IMG/VR virus record: IMGVR_UViG_3300007790_000056 | Span: 1 to 36,178 of that record | DNA length: 36,178 bases | Origin: a virus | Direction: 5' to 3' (one strand) | Part shown: piece after piece, positions 7,954 to 17,508 of the stretch | Layout: every line of letters starts with the position of its first letter | Position numbering within the stretch: position 1 is the stretch's first letter | Translations under genes and position numbers: made by a program | The notes under the pieces: generated by a model | Database searches by the model: none | Told to the model about the DNA's origin: nothing | Seen by the model: the letters and a program-made list of their open reading frames with translations, nothing else

Positions 7954-10359
7954 ATGGATTATGTTATTTTAAACCCTGACTTGAAAATGGTCGGGTCATT
8001 ATCTGCACAAGGCAATGGTGTCCCTGTACTTGCTGACAGCGTAGTAACAAAGATTGCAGACGCACAGGCAAGTGATACAGGCGAATTAGCGAAGGTGTGG
8101 CTTGATACCCTTTCACTAACGCTACCAAGTGGCTTCGATGAAACAGAAATGATTGATAATGGCTACCATATCGCTACTGAAGTAGGGGACAAGTGGCATT
8201 TATACACTGTAGACAACGTTACAACGGAAATCGCAGGCATGAATCACCACATTCAGGTAGAAGCCCTTAACTACGTCAATTACACGCTGAATCATAAGAT
8301 TATTCGTGCTAAAACGTGGGACAAGCCCCCTTCTTCGGACGATGTATTAGGCTATATTTTCGAAGGTACGGGACTTATTTTAGACGATATGGAAAAATTC
8401 TACGTTGGTGACGGGTCTACAAGCTATGAAATCGCTGAAGGAACACGCCAACAGGCACTAGACGAAGCATTAAGCAAGTTTGAACTAGAGGTAGAAGGCT
8501 ATACGGTCATTCGTGGGGGTCGTCCTGCGGAGAATCGTGTATCAATCGTTAAACAGATTGGGCAGAACACAGGACAGCGTTTCGAATATGGTAAGAACCT
8601 GAAAGGCGCAAGCCGTAAGAAGCTCACAGACACGATGTACACGAAGTTATTAGTCTTTGGGGGTACAAAAGACGGGGCGAAGGGTAGAACGTCCATAAAG
8701 AGCGCAAACAAGGTTAAAAACCCACAGACAGGTGTCTATGAGTATTCAGAATTCCTAATTGATGATGAAGCCAACGACTTATACAACTACGGTCAACCTT
8801 ATTTAGAGGGCGTTATTCAGAATGATACGATTACCGAACCGCAGGCGTTATTAGATTGGGCGAAAAAGGAACTGAAGTATTATAATCACCCAAAATATGA
8901 GTACACAGTTGAAGTGGGGTTATTCGGTGATGAACCGCCAATGTTAGGTGATACTGTAGCCGTTGTAGACTTATTGATGAACCCACCAATGACGATTACA
9001 GCGAGGGTAGTAGAAACGAAGGCAAGTAAGACAGCCCCTTCTGAAAATAACGTGGTATTAGGTGAATTCAGAACCGTCCAAGCGGTCACACCGAACCTAA
9101 TCTACCAACTACAAGCGCAGGCATTGGACGCATTACAGCAGGCGCAACAAAACAGCAAGTCTAGCTACAAAATTGAATACTTTACGCCTGACGGTACAGA
9201 CTTCGCTACCACTACAGAAGTGAAGCGATTAATTGTACGTGTATTCAAAGACTTGAAGAACGTTACAAGCGAATTTCCTGCTTCTGCTTTCCGTTGGTCT
9301 AAGTTAGATAAGGACGGCACACACATGGAAGATTGGGAACAGGCACATGAGGGCGTAGGTAACATCATTGAAGTGGATTACCTAGACGCTAACTACACAA
9401 TTCGCTGTGAAGTAGTGGACGAGCAGGGGGACAGTGTTATGTCATTGAACGAAAGTGATTTTATTTTTGCTTCACGATTAGAATACTTCCCTGAAGCGGT
9501 AGATGATGTGAATAGACGTGTCGCACAATACGCACAGGTGGACGTTAAGACGTACCAAATCTATTGGTCACAGAAATACACAGGGTCACAGCTAACAAGC
9601 GCAGAAAAAGACCCTAACAAACCTGAAAGCTATTCAATTAGCCGAACAGGGGTTGACGGTAAGGTACTTGACCGAATGATTGTACGTTATGGCGGTCATG
9701 GGACGCACTTTGGACTACAACGTGACCCTGATACAGGTAGTATATGGATATATTCACCAATCCATGACATTGAGATGGGGCGTTGGTATTTTGCCCGCTT
9801 CAAGTACACAGCCAACCTAGTGATTGACTTCAATAGCCAATACATTGAGATTCTAGGACACAGCGAGAACTACAGCTACATGAGAATGAACGTTGACCAA
9901 GATAATAACTATGCGATTCTGACAGCAGGACTAGCTGACAAAACAGTGTACCGCATTTATAAGCTATCAGACTTCCTAAAAGGCAACCTGAAAGCACAAT
10001 ATAAATTCTATGCTTCAGACTTCGGTATCACCGCTTCACAGACGTATCAAGGGACAGCTATTTCATACCCTTATGTGTACACGTCTTGGGGTAAGGGTGT
10101 CGATAACGATATGTCAATGATGAACTGTATTGATATGCGAACAGGCGCAGAAGTCTATCGTATCAATTTCAACTACGGGGCGAATATCAAGCCTACAGAA
10201 TCACAGGCGGAAATCGAAACAGTGAGCGTTTATACGGACGGTGGACAGCGACACATTTTAGTAGGTTTTGCTTTCGCTTCAGAAACAGAAACGGAAACAG
10301 CCAAATACAATATGCTATATGACGCTGTGGAAACGATTAGAGAGGAGGTTGTTCAATGA
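7954..10359 (+). CDS. Tail-associated protein (Tal) / minor structural protein
   Basis: 801-aa ORF immediately after Dit, the canonical Tal position. The N-terminus resembles the phage minor structural protein N-terminal region. Confidence 0.75.
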   Translation: MDYVILNPDLKMVGSLSAQGNGVPVLADSVVTKIADAQASDTGELAKVWLDTLSLTLPSGFDETEMIDNGYHIATEVGDKWHLYTVDNVTTEIAGMNHHIQVEALNYVNYTLNHKIIRAKTWDKPPSSDDVLGYIFEGTGLILDDMEKFYVGDGSTSYEIAEGTRQQALDEALSKFELEVEGYTVIRGGRPAENRVSIVKQIGQNTGQRFEYGKNLKGASRKKLTDTMYTKLLVFGGTKDGAKGRTSIKSANKVKNPQTGVYEYSEFLIDDEANDLYNYGQPYLEGVIQNDTITEPQALLDWAKKELKYYNHPKYEYTVEVGLFGDEPPMLGDTVAVVDLLMNPPMTITARVVETKASKTAPSENNVVLGEFRTVQAVTPNLIYQLQAQALDALQQAQQNSKSSYKIEYFTPDGTDFATTTEVKRLIVRVFKDLKNVTSEFPASAFRWSKLDKDGTHMEDWEQAHEGVGNIIEVDYLDANYTIRCEVVDEQGDSVMSLNESDFIFASRLEYFPEAVDDVNRRVAQYAQVDVKTYQIYWSQKYTGSQLTSAEKDPNKPESYSISRTGVDGKVLDRMIVRYGGHGTHFGLQRDPDTGSIWIYSPIHDIEMGRWYFARFKYTANLVIDFNSQYIEILGHSENYSYMRMNVDQDNNYAILTAGLADKTVYRIYKLSDFLKGNLKAQYKFYASDFGITASQTYQGTAISYPYVYTSWGKGVDNDMSMMNCIDMRTGAEVYRINFNYGANIKPTESQAEIETVSVYTDGGQRHILVGFAFASETETETAKYNMLYDAVETIREEVVQ

Positions 10360-11957
10360 TTATTGGAACAGCAGATATTACTTTCACACGAAGCGAAGCC
10401 CTGATAGGTAATTTAAACATTGGGGGACGTAACCTGATTCAGTCCAATAACCTTTTCGGTATGGGTGAGGACGTTTATGACATTACCAACTTCCTGAAAA
10501 CGGGGGAAATTATCTTCAAAGGGCAGGCGGTAAATGATACGGGGGTCTGCTTCACTATGCCAAGTGCAATAAATGACATGGTAATGGGCGAAGAATACAC
10601 TTTAGCCTTTTCTATCAAGCAAGTAGACGGGTTATTATCCAACTTTGAGGTTGTGACGGACGCTTGTTTCACTATTCAGACAATTAAAGTCAATGGAATT
10701 GAAGCGGAATCACCCCTAATTACCGTTGGGGACGCAACCAAGAGGGAGGTAGTCGTAACTTTAGCCCGTACAGCAGTAGTAGCTGACGAAGTGACTACAG
10801 GTAAGGTGTGTATTATGGTCAATCAGGGTCTAGTGGACGTTGGGACAGTTAGTATTCTAAACTTGAAGCTAGAGAAGGGGAATGTGTCTACAGGGTTTAG
10901 CCCTGCACCTGAAGATGTGAATTCACTATTTGATTTACAGGCTGACATTTTAGCCGAACTTCAGGAATCGACAGCACCGCAGACAATTATTGACACTGTA
11001 CTGTATTCAAACGACTTAACGACTATTTTAGGCGACAAGGCGAATAAAGAAGATATTGCGGACATGGCTACAGGGTCACAAGTCACACAGTTAGAAACGA
11101 ACCTGACTGAATACGTTGACACAGCGAAAGCCCTTCAAGACGATTCAATCAACAAGCTAACAGCAGACTTAACGAAGGTAAAAGGACAGATTGACGCTTC
11201 ATTCGGTCTATCAGGCGGTATTAATCTGATTCAAAACAGTGTCGGTTACTTCGGTCATGATATGTGGACGGTTACAGGCGCACTTGAAACAGTCAGCAAC
11301 TTAGAATTAGAACAGTTGGTAGTTGGTAGCGGGTTCTATTCGCCAAATACTTCTATCACGAAGGCGGTACAAGAAATTCCTGTCAAATCAGATACAGATT
11401 ACACAATTAGCTTCTTCATGAAGAAACCACAAGGGGCGGGCAATGCGTTCATTAAAGTCTATGACGCTAATGACAAAGCCTTGTACCAATTCAGCACCTA
11501 TTCCGCTTCTGATGTATCGAACCAATACAAGGCTTTCGCATACACCTTCAAGACACCGAATAACGCTGAAACAATCAAGATAGCTATAGAAATTGATTCT
11601 GTAGTCGAATGTTATATCACAGCATTGATGTTATCAGAAGGGACTACCAACTACGGGTGGACACAGCACAGTACCGAAATCGCTAATACCAATATTCAAA
11701 TGAATATCAACGGTATCAAGGTTCTTGGCGCAGACGGGAACAGTTACACAGTTATGTCACCTTTCGAATTCAGCGGGTACGCCAATGTACTGAATGAAGA
11801 TACGAATACGATTAACACCGAACGTATTTTCACACTGAATGGCGATACTACAGAAGTGAACCGTCTGAAAGCGAAGCGGTCAATTGACTTAGGTAATATG
11901 GTTATCGTGCCAATAGCAAAAGACGCTATCAACGGTTGGGCATGGTTTAAGAAGTAG
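10356..11957 (+). CDS. Tail fibre / baseplate protein with two jelly-roll (CBM-like) modules
   Basis: ATGA start/stop overlap with Tal. It carries the motif LKLEKGNVSTGFSPAPEDV, common at domain ends of Gram-positive phage host-specificity proteins. A second, related motif is MLSEGTTNYGWTQHSTE. Confidence 0.6.
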   Translation: MIIGTADITFTRSEALIGNLNIGGRNLIQSNNLFGMGEDVYDITNFLKTGEIIFKGQAVNDTGVCFTMPSAINDMVMGEEYTLAFSIKQVDGLLSNFEVVTDACFTIQTIKVNGIEAESPLITVGDATKREVVVTLARTAVVADEVTTGKVCIMVNQGLVDVGTVSILNLKLEKGNVSTGFSPAPEDVNSLFDLQADILAELQESTAPQTIIDTVLYSNDLTTILGDKANKEDIADMATGSQVTQLETNLTEYVDTAKALQDDSINKLTADLTKVKGQIDASFGLSGGINLIQNSVGYFGHDMWTVTGALETVSNLELEQLVVGSGFYSPNTSITKAVQEIPVKSDTDYTISFFMKKPQGAGNAFIKVYDANDKALYQFSTYSASDVSNQYKAFAYTFKTPNNAETIKIAIEIDSVVECYITALMLSEGTTNYGWTQHSTEIANTNIQMNINGIKVLGADGNSYTVMSPFEFSGYANVLNEDTNTINTERIFTLNGDTTEVNRLKAKRSIDLGNMVIVPIAKDAINGWAWFKK

Positions 11958-11977
11958 GGGAAACCCTGCTTTTTTTG
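11941..11977 (+). terminator. Terminator-like hairpin spanning the stop codon of 10356..11957
   Basis: CATGGTTT-12 nt-AAACCCTG (7 of 8 bp) followed by CTTTTTTTG. Confidence 0.5.
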
Positions 11978-11981
11978 TTTT

Positions 11982-12010
11982 GGAAAAGCAAGTTAAAAGA
12001 CTAATAAGTG
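11982..12010 (+). repeat. Late-module box, copy B
   Basis: GGAAAAGCAAGTTAAAAGACTAATAAGTG lies 33 nt upstream of ATG 12043. It is followed by the hairpin GTAGT-aacaaa-ACTAC. Confidence 0.9.
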
Positions 12011-12042
12011 TAGGTAGTAACAAAACTACAGAAAGGAATGAT

Positions 12043-14307
12043 ATGTATATGGCATTATCAGGCGCATTTTGGACTAATGTAGGCTCGTCAATGTACTTAA
12101 AAGGTAAATGGGAAGCAACCCAAGACATTACCGCTAATACGTCCACTATCACCTTAAAAACATATTGGGGTAGTCGTGGTGGTGCAGTATATTCAAGCGC
12201 AAGCAAAGACACCTACTCAACGATTAGCGGTACAAAAGATTCATCAACCTTCACAGCAGGATTGAGTGGGGGTCAAGAGAAGCTAATTAACACCCAAACA
12301 AAGACAATAACACATAATGCAGACGGGACAGCACCTTCTGTAGCCCTTGTTTGCTATGCTGAATTAGGTTTAACCCTATCAGGTACTTATTACGGTTCTG
12401 CTACAGCGAAAGACACCGCAGAATTGAATACAATCCCACGTAATAGTACGTTGAAAAGTAGCCCTGATTATATGTTCCCTGAAAAGGCGGTTAAATTCAC
12501 ATTAAATCGTGCTAAGTCGTCATTTACGCACACCGTAGACTTCTCAGCAGGGCTTAATGGGTCTTGGACAGTCCTTCAAACACTCAATAACGTAGGTGAA
12601 AGCGGGACATTCACACTAACAGACACTAATATCACGTCTATGATGGCACGTGGCTATAATGGGGACGGTCAAGTACGTTACCGCATTACTACTTATGATG
12701 GCGGTACACAGGTTGGTAGCGTTCTGACGGTTACAGGTAAGTTAGAACTTCCACAGCGGGCGACAATCTACGCAGGTACTTCTGAAATGGGGTATATTGA
12801 AGCGAATAAACCTATTTTGCTTACCCAAGAGAATAACACGCCACAAGCAGATGGGTCTAATCTGTATGACATTAAAATCACTGTAATGGACGAGAACGGG
12901 GTAGTTATTGAAACCTTGCCACCATTTAACAAGACATACGAATGGACACCAAGCTATGAACTGTACAAGCCGTACATGACAGGGGAAGGGGCTTTCATTC
13001 AGCTTCAAGTAGACAGCTACTACAAGACAACGCAGATTCGCCCTTCTTCTAACGGCATTTATAAATATGCAACGGTCACTATTCCACAGACACCCCCTGT
13101 ATTTAATCCAACAATTACTGTATATGACACCAATGCAGATATGGTAGGATTAACAGGGAACGCTTCTCTATTGGTACAGAACAAGTCTACTTTAGCAGTC
13201 GCTATTGATAAGCAGGCAGAAGCGCAGGACGGTAAGACCCTTGAAAGCTATACAATCACAATTGGTAGCAAGACCATTGAAGTGACCCCAACTACAGGGG
13301 TGCAGGTGTTCAACTTCGGAACGGTCAATTTCAGCGGGAACGCAACTGTAAAGATTGTCGCAACAGATAGCAATGGGAACACAACAACAGTTACACGTCA
13401 AGTCAGTGTCATTCCATACAGTACCCCAACTGTTACCGCTATGTCAGTGAAGCGGGCTAATGGCTATGACACCACGTTAAATCTTTCATTCGGTGGTAAG
13501 TATTCACCACTTATCATCAATGGCGTGGCTAAGAATACGATTACTAAACTAGAATATCAGTACGCAGTAGAAGGCGGTTCTATGTCAGCATGGACTGAAT
13601 TAGCAAGAACAATCAACGGTGACACGTACCAATCAGTTGTGGGACAGGTATTGGAAACAGACCAAACGAAAGGCTACAACGTCAATTTTAGGGTCACAGA
13701 TTCGTTAGGTGGGGTGTTCACCGCTTCGACAACCGTTTCAGCAGGTATTCCGCAGTTTATGATTGATGAAAAGTTGAATAGCGTTGGTGTGAATATGTTC
13801 CCTAAGAACCCTAATTCATTCGAGGTAGCGGGTAAAATGTATTCAACCAAAGGATTAGAAGCTACAGCAGGTGCTTTAGAGTTAGGGGCAAAGACTACAG
13901 CGCAGAAATTAGTAGGCGATAAACTAGAATTATCATGGAATGAAGCAACGAATTCTATGGTAGTCGAGAAGGTTTCAAGTAGCGGGGTTCGAACACCAAT
14001 CGAAATTGTAAGCGGTGGGGCGAAATTCTTCAATGACGGTGACTTCGAATTCGCTACAGGCTTCGCCACACTACGAAACACGACAGCCAATTCTGACACG
14101 CAGGTGAAAGCGACTGTTAGTTATGGACGCACCTTTTCAGCAGTCCCTAATGTGTATGCGTCTGTAGCTTCTTCAGTAGTCGGTACAGCGGTTCATGGTG
14201 TTTCTGCTATGGGTGCAACGACTACAGGCTGTGACTTATACCTGCACCGTAATTCAGCTTCAACTGACACTAAAGTATATTGGTTAGCTGTATTAGATAA
14301 GCGTTAA
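12043..14307 (+). CDS. Receptor-binding / tail fibre-like structural protein
   Basis: ATG 12043 (alternative 12049) follows RBS GAAAGGAA. The track's upstream extension to 11980 merely translates box B. The N-terminus resembles the siphovirus Gp37-like (DUF859-type) domain, followed by Ig/FN3-like beta-rich repeats. Confidence 0.6.
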   Translation: MYMALSGAFWTNVGSSMYLKGKWEATQDITANTSTITLKTYWGSRGGAVYSSASKDTYSTISGTKDSSTFTAGLSGGQEKLINTQTKTITHNADGTAPSVALVCYAELGLTLSGTYYGSATAKDTAELNTIPRNSTLKSSPDYMFPEKAVKFTLNRAKSSFTHTVDFSAGLNGSWTVLQTLNNVGESGTFTLTDTNITSMMARGYNGDGQVRYRITTYDGGTQVGSVLTVTGKLELPQRATIYAGTSEMGYIEANKPILLTQENNTPQADGSNLYDIKITVMDENGVVIETLPPFNKTYEWTPSYELYKPYMTGEGAFIQLQVDSYYKTTQIRPSSNGIYKYATVTIPQTPPVFNPTITVYDTNADMVGLTGNASLLVQNKSTLAVAIDKQAEAQDGKTLESYTITIGSKTIEVTPTTGVQVFNFGTVNFSGNATVKIVATDSNGNTTTVTRQVSVIPYSTPTVTAMSVKRANGYDTTLNLSFGGKYSPLIINGVAKNTITKLEYQYAVEGGSMSAWTELARTINGDTYQSVVGQVLETDQTKGYNVNFRVTDSLGGVFTASTTVSAGIPQFMIDEKLNSVGVNMFPKNPNSFEVAGKMYSTKGLEATAGALELGAKTTAQKLVGDKLELSWNEATNSMVVEKVSSSGVRTPIEIVSGGAKFFNDGDFEFATGFATLRNTTANSDTQVKATVSYGRTFSAVPNVYASVASSVVGTAVHGVSAMGATTTGCDLYLHRNSASTDTKVYWLAVLDKR

Positions 14308-14322
14308 GGAAGGGTGTAGAAT

Positions 14323-14865
14323 ATGGAATATTTCATTTCAGTAAATAAAGAATCAGAAGTCATTGGATTAAGTGAAACGCCTGTCTTTTTAGACGGTGCT
14401 GACACATTCAAAATTGACTTAGCAAGTGACCACGCCATGTTAAACGACTTAACAGGTTGGTTTTATAAGGACGGAATCTTAGTTTTCAATGAGGAAGTAG
14501 TGCTTAATACGTTGAAAGCGCAAAAGGTAAACTACTTCAGAAAGGTATGTCAAGACGTTATCGAAAACGGGTTCGACCATGTTATCGGTGGCACATCATA
14601 TCATTTCTCATTAGACACAGAAGCGCAACAAAATTTTAGTGATTCCTACCAACTGTTAAAAGATGGTGTGATTGAAGAAGTCGTGTGGACGGTTACTGTA
14701 AACGGTGAATATAGCCGATGTGTGATTGATTTACCGATTATGACGGAATTAACTAAGGTTATTTTCGCACATAAAACTCAAAATATCGCCAAGCTACGTG
14801 ACTTCTTACAGCCATTGATTATGGGTTGTACCACAGTCGCAGAACTTGAATCTATTGAATGGTAG
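14323..14865 (+). CDS. Hypothetical protein, possibly a tail-fibre-associated/assembly protein
   Basis: 180-aa ORF with RBS GGAAGGGTG, placed between the RBP-like gene and the holin. The functional guess rests on position only. Confidence 0.5.
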   Translation: MEYFISVNKESEVIGLSETPVFLDGADTFKIDLASDHAMLNDLTGWFYKDGILVFNEEVVLNTLKAQKVNYFRKVCQDVIENGFDHVIGGTSYHFSLDTEAQQNFSDSYQLLKDGVIEEVVWTVTVNGEYSRCVIDLPIMTELTKVIFAHKTQNIAKLRDFLQPLIMGCTTVAELESIEW

Positions 14866-14874
14866 GTGGTTCAC

Positions 14875-15420
14875 ATGACGAAACGAGGGGTAAAGCCAAT
14901 GGATATGGTTATTAACTTGATTGTAGGGGCTTTCTTAGGGTCTATCGGTTTCCTTTTTGGCGGTTGGTCTACAATGCTGTCAATGTTAGCGGTTGTACTT
15001 GTAATCGAAGTATTAACAGGTTTAGCAAAAGGGGCTATGAATAAGAATATAGATTCTAAAGTATTCGCTAGGGGAATGGTGAAGAAAGGGTCTATCTTTG
15101 TCGTGATTATCTTGTCACATTTCTTAGACGTATTATTAGGTTTTGATATGGCGTTCATGCTAACAACAATCTTCTACTACATCGGAATCGAAACAGTTTC
15201 AATTTTAGAAAACTTGGCAAAGATGGGTGTCCCCGTTCCTAAGTTTATTCGTGAACGTTTCCAACAACTAGCAGACACAGCAGAAGAACAAGCGGAAATT
15301 ATTGAATCGAATAAACAAGATAATACCAAGAAGAAAGAAGAAGGCAAAGCGGAACAGGGGACGGACGAAAATGAAGCACCTGAAGAAGTAAAAGAGCCTG
15401 AAAAGAAGCAAGACGAATAA
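14875..15420 (+). CDS. Holin (phage_holin_4-like) with possible dual start (ATG 14875 / ATG 14899)
   Basis: Three or more hydrophobic helices (INLIVGAFLGSIGFLFGGW, LSMLAVVLVIEVL, IFVVIILSHFL, IFYYIGIETVSILENL). It lies directly upstream of the endolysin and has a highly charged C-terminal tail. Confidence 0.85.
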   Translation: MTKRGVKPMDMVINLIVGAFLGSIGFLFGGWSTMLSMLAVVLVIEVLTGLAKGAMNKNIDSKVFARGMVKKGSIFVVIILSHFLDVLLGFDMAFMLTTIFYYIGIETVSILENLAKMGVPVPKFIRERFQQLADTAEEQAEIIESNKQDNTKKKEEGKAEQGTDENEAPEEVKEPEKKQDE

Positions 15421-15470
15421 CAGATAGTGGTGGGTGGGTTGGGTTATCGTCTTTTAGTTTATTTAAAAGC

Positions 15471-15492
15471 AGGGGCTACGGAAATAGCCCTT
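15471..15492 (+). promoter_or_regulatory. CGGAAA-loop hairpin H1 (holin-endolysin spacer)
   Basis: AGGGGCTA-CGGAAA-TAGCCCTT forms 6 Watson-Crick pairs, then a G-U wobble and a further A-T pair. It lies in a 123-nt non-coding gap. Confidence 0.6.
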
Positions 15493-15543
15493 GTGTATCG
15501 TCTGAATAGGCGACCAAATCAAAAAGAAAAGGAATGATTTATA

Positions 15544-16545
15544 ATGGCAGGAAAAGTTACCTTAACCATTGGCAAGGACAAAGTAGAAGTAGAAAACAAA
15601 GTTTATGTATCAGCGGGTCATGGTGATAAAGTTTCAGGTGCGAATGGACATATTAAAGAGCATGAGGAAGCAGTAAAGGTTGCTAAACGTGTAACGGAAA
15701 TCATGACGGATAAACACTCATATTTCTACGTTGAGAAAACAGCGAAAACACAAAATCAGAACCTAGCGAACATCGTTAAGGCACACAACGCTAAGAAATG
15801 TGTTCTAAACGTATCTGTCCACTTCAATTCTTCAGCAGGTGCTACAGCTACAGGGACAGAAGTATTGTATTTCAACAAGAAACAACTAGCTTCTGACGTA
15901 TCGAAAGCCATTGCCAATTCACTAGGCTTGAAAGATAGAGGGGCAAAGGAACGTCAAGAATTATACTTCCTACGCAATACAGCAACGCCTGCTATCTTAT
16001 TAGAAATCTGCTTCGTATCGACTAAGAAGGACACAGAAGCCTATAAGAAGAATTTTGAAGCAATGTGTCAGGCTATCGCTAAGGAATCACTAGAATACAT
16101 CGGGGAAAAGAAACCCAACACAGATTCTAAGCCGTCTAGCAAGCCTTCTAAGCCTTCTGAAAGCCATAAAGATACGAATGACGCTATTCATACGGTGATT
16201 AAAGGAGAAACGCTGTACAAGGTTGCTAAAGAGCATGGTATTAGCGTAGAAGTATTAGCTTCGCTGAATAACATTTCAGACCCTTCTAAGATTCAGGTGG
16301 GCGATAAGCTAGTCATTACCAATAAGCGTTATCTAACGAACGCTAAACAAGTAAAAGTGCTGAAAGGTTTCAAGACGTACAAGGACGTGGAAATCACTAC
16401 AGCCAACGAAGCAGGCAACGCTAAGAAGGGTGATACCTTCACAATCACAGATATTGTTCGCACGAAAGCAGGTACACCCCGCTTCAAGACAGATTGTGGT
16501 GTCTACATCACAGCTAACAAAGAATTTGTAGAACGTATCAAGTAA
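15544..16545 (+). CDS. Endolysin: N-acetylmuramoyl-L-alanine amidase (amidase_3) + LysM + SH3b-like C-terminus
   Basis: Amidase_3 motifs are present (SAGHGDKVSGANG, VSVHFNS, GTEVLY, PAILLEICFVS). The LysM stretch is HTVIKGETLYKVAKEHGISVEVLASLNNI...VGDKLVI. A Ser/Pro/Lys linker joins the domains. Confidence 0.95.
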   Translation: MAGKVTLTIGKDKVEVENKVYVSAGHGDKVSGANGHIKEHEEAVKVAKRVTEIMTDKHSYFYVEKTAKTQNQNLANIVKAHNAKKCVLNVSVHFNSSAGATATGTEVLYFNKKQLASDVSKAIANSLGLKDRGAKERQELYFLRNTATPAILLEICFVSTKKDTEAYKKNFEAMCQAIAKESLEYIGEKKPNTDSKPSSKPSKPSESHKDTNDAIHTVIKGETLYKVAKEHGISVEVLASLNNISDPSKIQVGDKLVITNKRYLTNAKQVKVLKGFKTYKDVEITTANEAGNAKKGDTFTITDIVRTKAGTPRFKTDCGVYITANKEFVERIK

Positions 16546-16562
16546 AAACTAGACAAAACAAA

Positions 16563-16590
16563 AACGCCCCTGTTATAATAAAAGGGCGTT
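16563..16590. terminator. Convergent terminator between the endolysin gene and the minus-strand small membrane gene
   Basis: AACGCCC-14 nt-GGGCGTT. The U-tract is on the minus-strand side (plus-strand ACAAAACAAAAA at 16551-16562). On the plus side the stem is followed by hairpin H2. Confidence 0.6.
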
Positions 16591-16604
16591 AGCGGAAACT
16601 GACG
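16587..16604 (+). promoter_or_regulatory. CGGAAA-loop hairpin H2
   Basis: CGTTAG-CGGAAA-CTGACG (6 bp, one G-U). Its 5' arm overlaps the 3' arm of the preceding terminator. Confidence 0.55.
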
Positions 16605-16640
16605 TGAGATTACTCATATTCTTTTTCGATTACCACATTT

Positions 16641-16844
16641 CTATTTTCGAGTTGTTTTTGAGCCTTTCTTTTGGAAGGCTCTTTTTCTTTTTATGTGACG
16701 AATCCAATCTTCGCCACAAATACCACAAAACAGTATAGCGATAACAATTAACACACCGTTGCCACCAAAGAAATGACCCACCACACTGAATCCTACAACG
16801 TAAACTACTAGCCAAAATAACGATTTTAACAATGATTTTAACAT
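16641..16844 (-). CDS. Small two-TM membrane protein (holin-like topology), late-cassette driven
   Basis: ATG 16844 is preceded by CAGGGGGAA at 7-nt spacing. The 67-aa product has two hydrophobic helices and a basic C-terminus (RHIKRKRAFQKKGSKTTRK). The track's longer start at 16889 lacks an RBS. Confidence 0.7.
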   Translation of the reverse strand: MLKSLLKSLFWLVVYVVGFSVVGHFFGGNGVLIVIAILFCGICGEDWIRHIKRKRAFQKKGSKTTRK

Positions 16845-16914
16845 ATTAAATTCCCCCTGTTTTTTCTTCTTAATAATAATATAACCCAACCACCGAAACA
16901 GTGTTCAATAGTTA

Positions 16915-16979
16915 GGTAAATTTGTAAACATTTTTACTTGTTAATGTATACCTGTAAACTTGTAAACATTTTTACATAC
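16915..16979 (-). promoter_or_regulatory. Late regulatory cassette, inverted copy (2 x 27-nt units, 11-nt spacer)
   Basis: The reverse complement reads GTAAAAATGTTTACAAGTTTACA-ggtatacatta-ACAAGTAAAAATGTTTACAAATTTACC. This is about 90% identical to 28181-28245. Confidence 0.8.
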
Positions 16980-17339
16980 TTACAACAATTGACGCTCGAT
17001 ACATTCTACATAATACTTCAGGATAGCGTAGCGTACATTGCTATGCACACGAAGCGGTCTTTCCAATACCTGCTGACTGAATAGCCATTCCAAAGTGACG
17101 TAGCTTTCACAACCTTTAGAGCCGTACACCTTGCTTGGGGGTACGTTAAGTAACTTCAGCATATCGTCTAAGTTGTATCTAGGGAAGTTATTTGATACCA
17201 ATGTACGGACTGTCCCTTCACCTATGAATAGCGTTAGAGAATCTTTGTATTCCCCTTCTGATAAGTGAAGCATTTTGTCCACGACCCCTTTCAACTTGGC
17301 TCTTTCTTCTGCTGATAAATCATTGATGAATTCTTCCAT
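16980..17339 (-). CDS. Hypothetical protein (119 aa)
   Basis: ATG 17339 is preceded by AGAAAGAGGG. The track's TTG start at 17369 is unsupported. No family was recognised. Confidence 0.7.
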   Translation of the reverse strand: MEEFINDLSAEERAKLKGVVDKMLHLSEGEYKDSLTLFIGEGTVRTLVSNNFPRYNLDDMLKLLNVPPSKVYGSKGCESYVTLEWLFSQQVLERPLRVHSNVRYAILKYYVECIERQLL

Positions 17340-17363
17340 GTTAAACCCTCTTTCTGATAATTG

Positions 17364-17392
17364 TTGCAATACACAGTATACCTTGATATACT
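17364..17392 (+). promoter_or_regulatory. SigA-type promoter on the + strand inside the minus-strand module
   Basis: TTGCAA (17364-69), a 17-nt spacer, then TATACT (17387-92). Confidence 0.55.
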
Positions 17393-17407
17393 AATTCATG
17401 TGGTGGC

Positions 17408-17423
17408 GGTAGCGGAAACTACC
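17408..17423 (+). promoter_or_regulatory. CGGAAA-loop hairpin H3
   Basis: GGTAG-CGGAAA-CTACC, a perfect 5-bp stem. Confidence 0.5.
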
Positions 17424-17508
17424 AACCCCTCATTTTATGTGTATTAGTTTTGAATAGTTGGTTATGAGTAGTAACAGAACATTGACAACTGAATAGATGT
17501 GCCTAGCA

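Noticed and set aside
11980-12042. Track start codons that extend ORFs upstream: 11980 for the RBP-like gene, 16889, 17369, 20407, 24449, 28624 and 31716.
   Set aside because: In each case a downstream ATG has a proper AGGAGG-like RBS at 5-10 nt. The extension crosses a repeat box, promoter, terminator or the preceding gene.
16630-16815. A 61-aa minus-strand ORF overlaps the small membrane protein gene in another frame.
   Set aside because: It has no RBS and a Cys/Trp/Arg-rich composition. The alternative frame gives a clean two-TM protein with a strong RBS.
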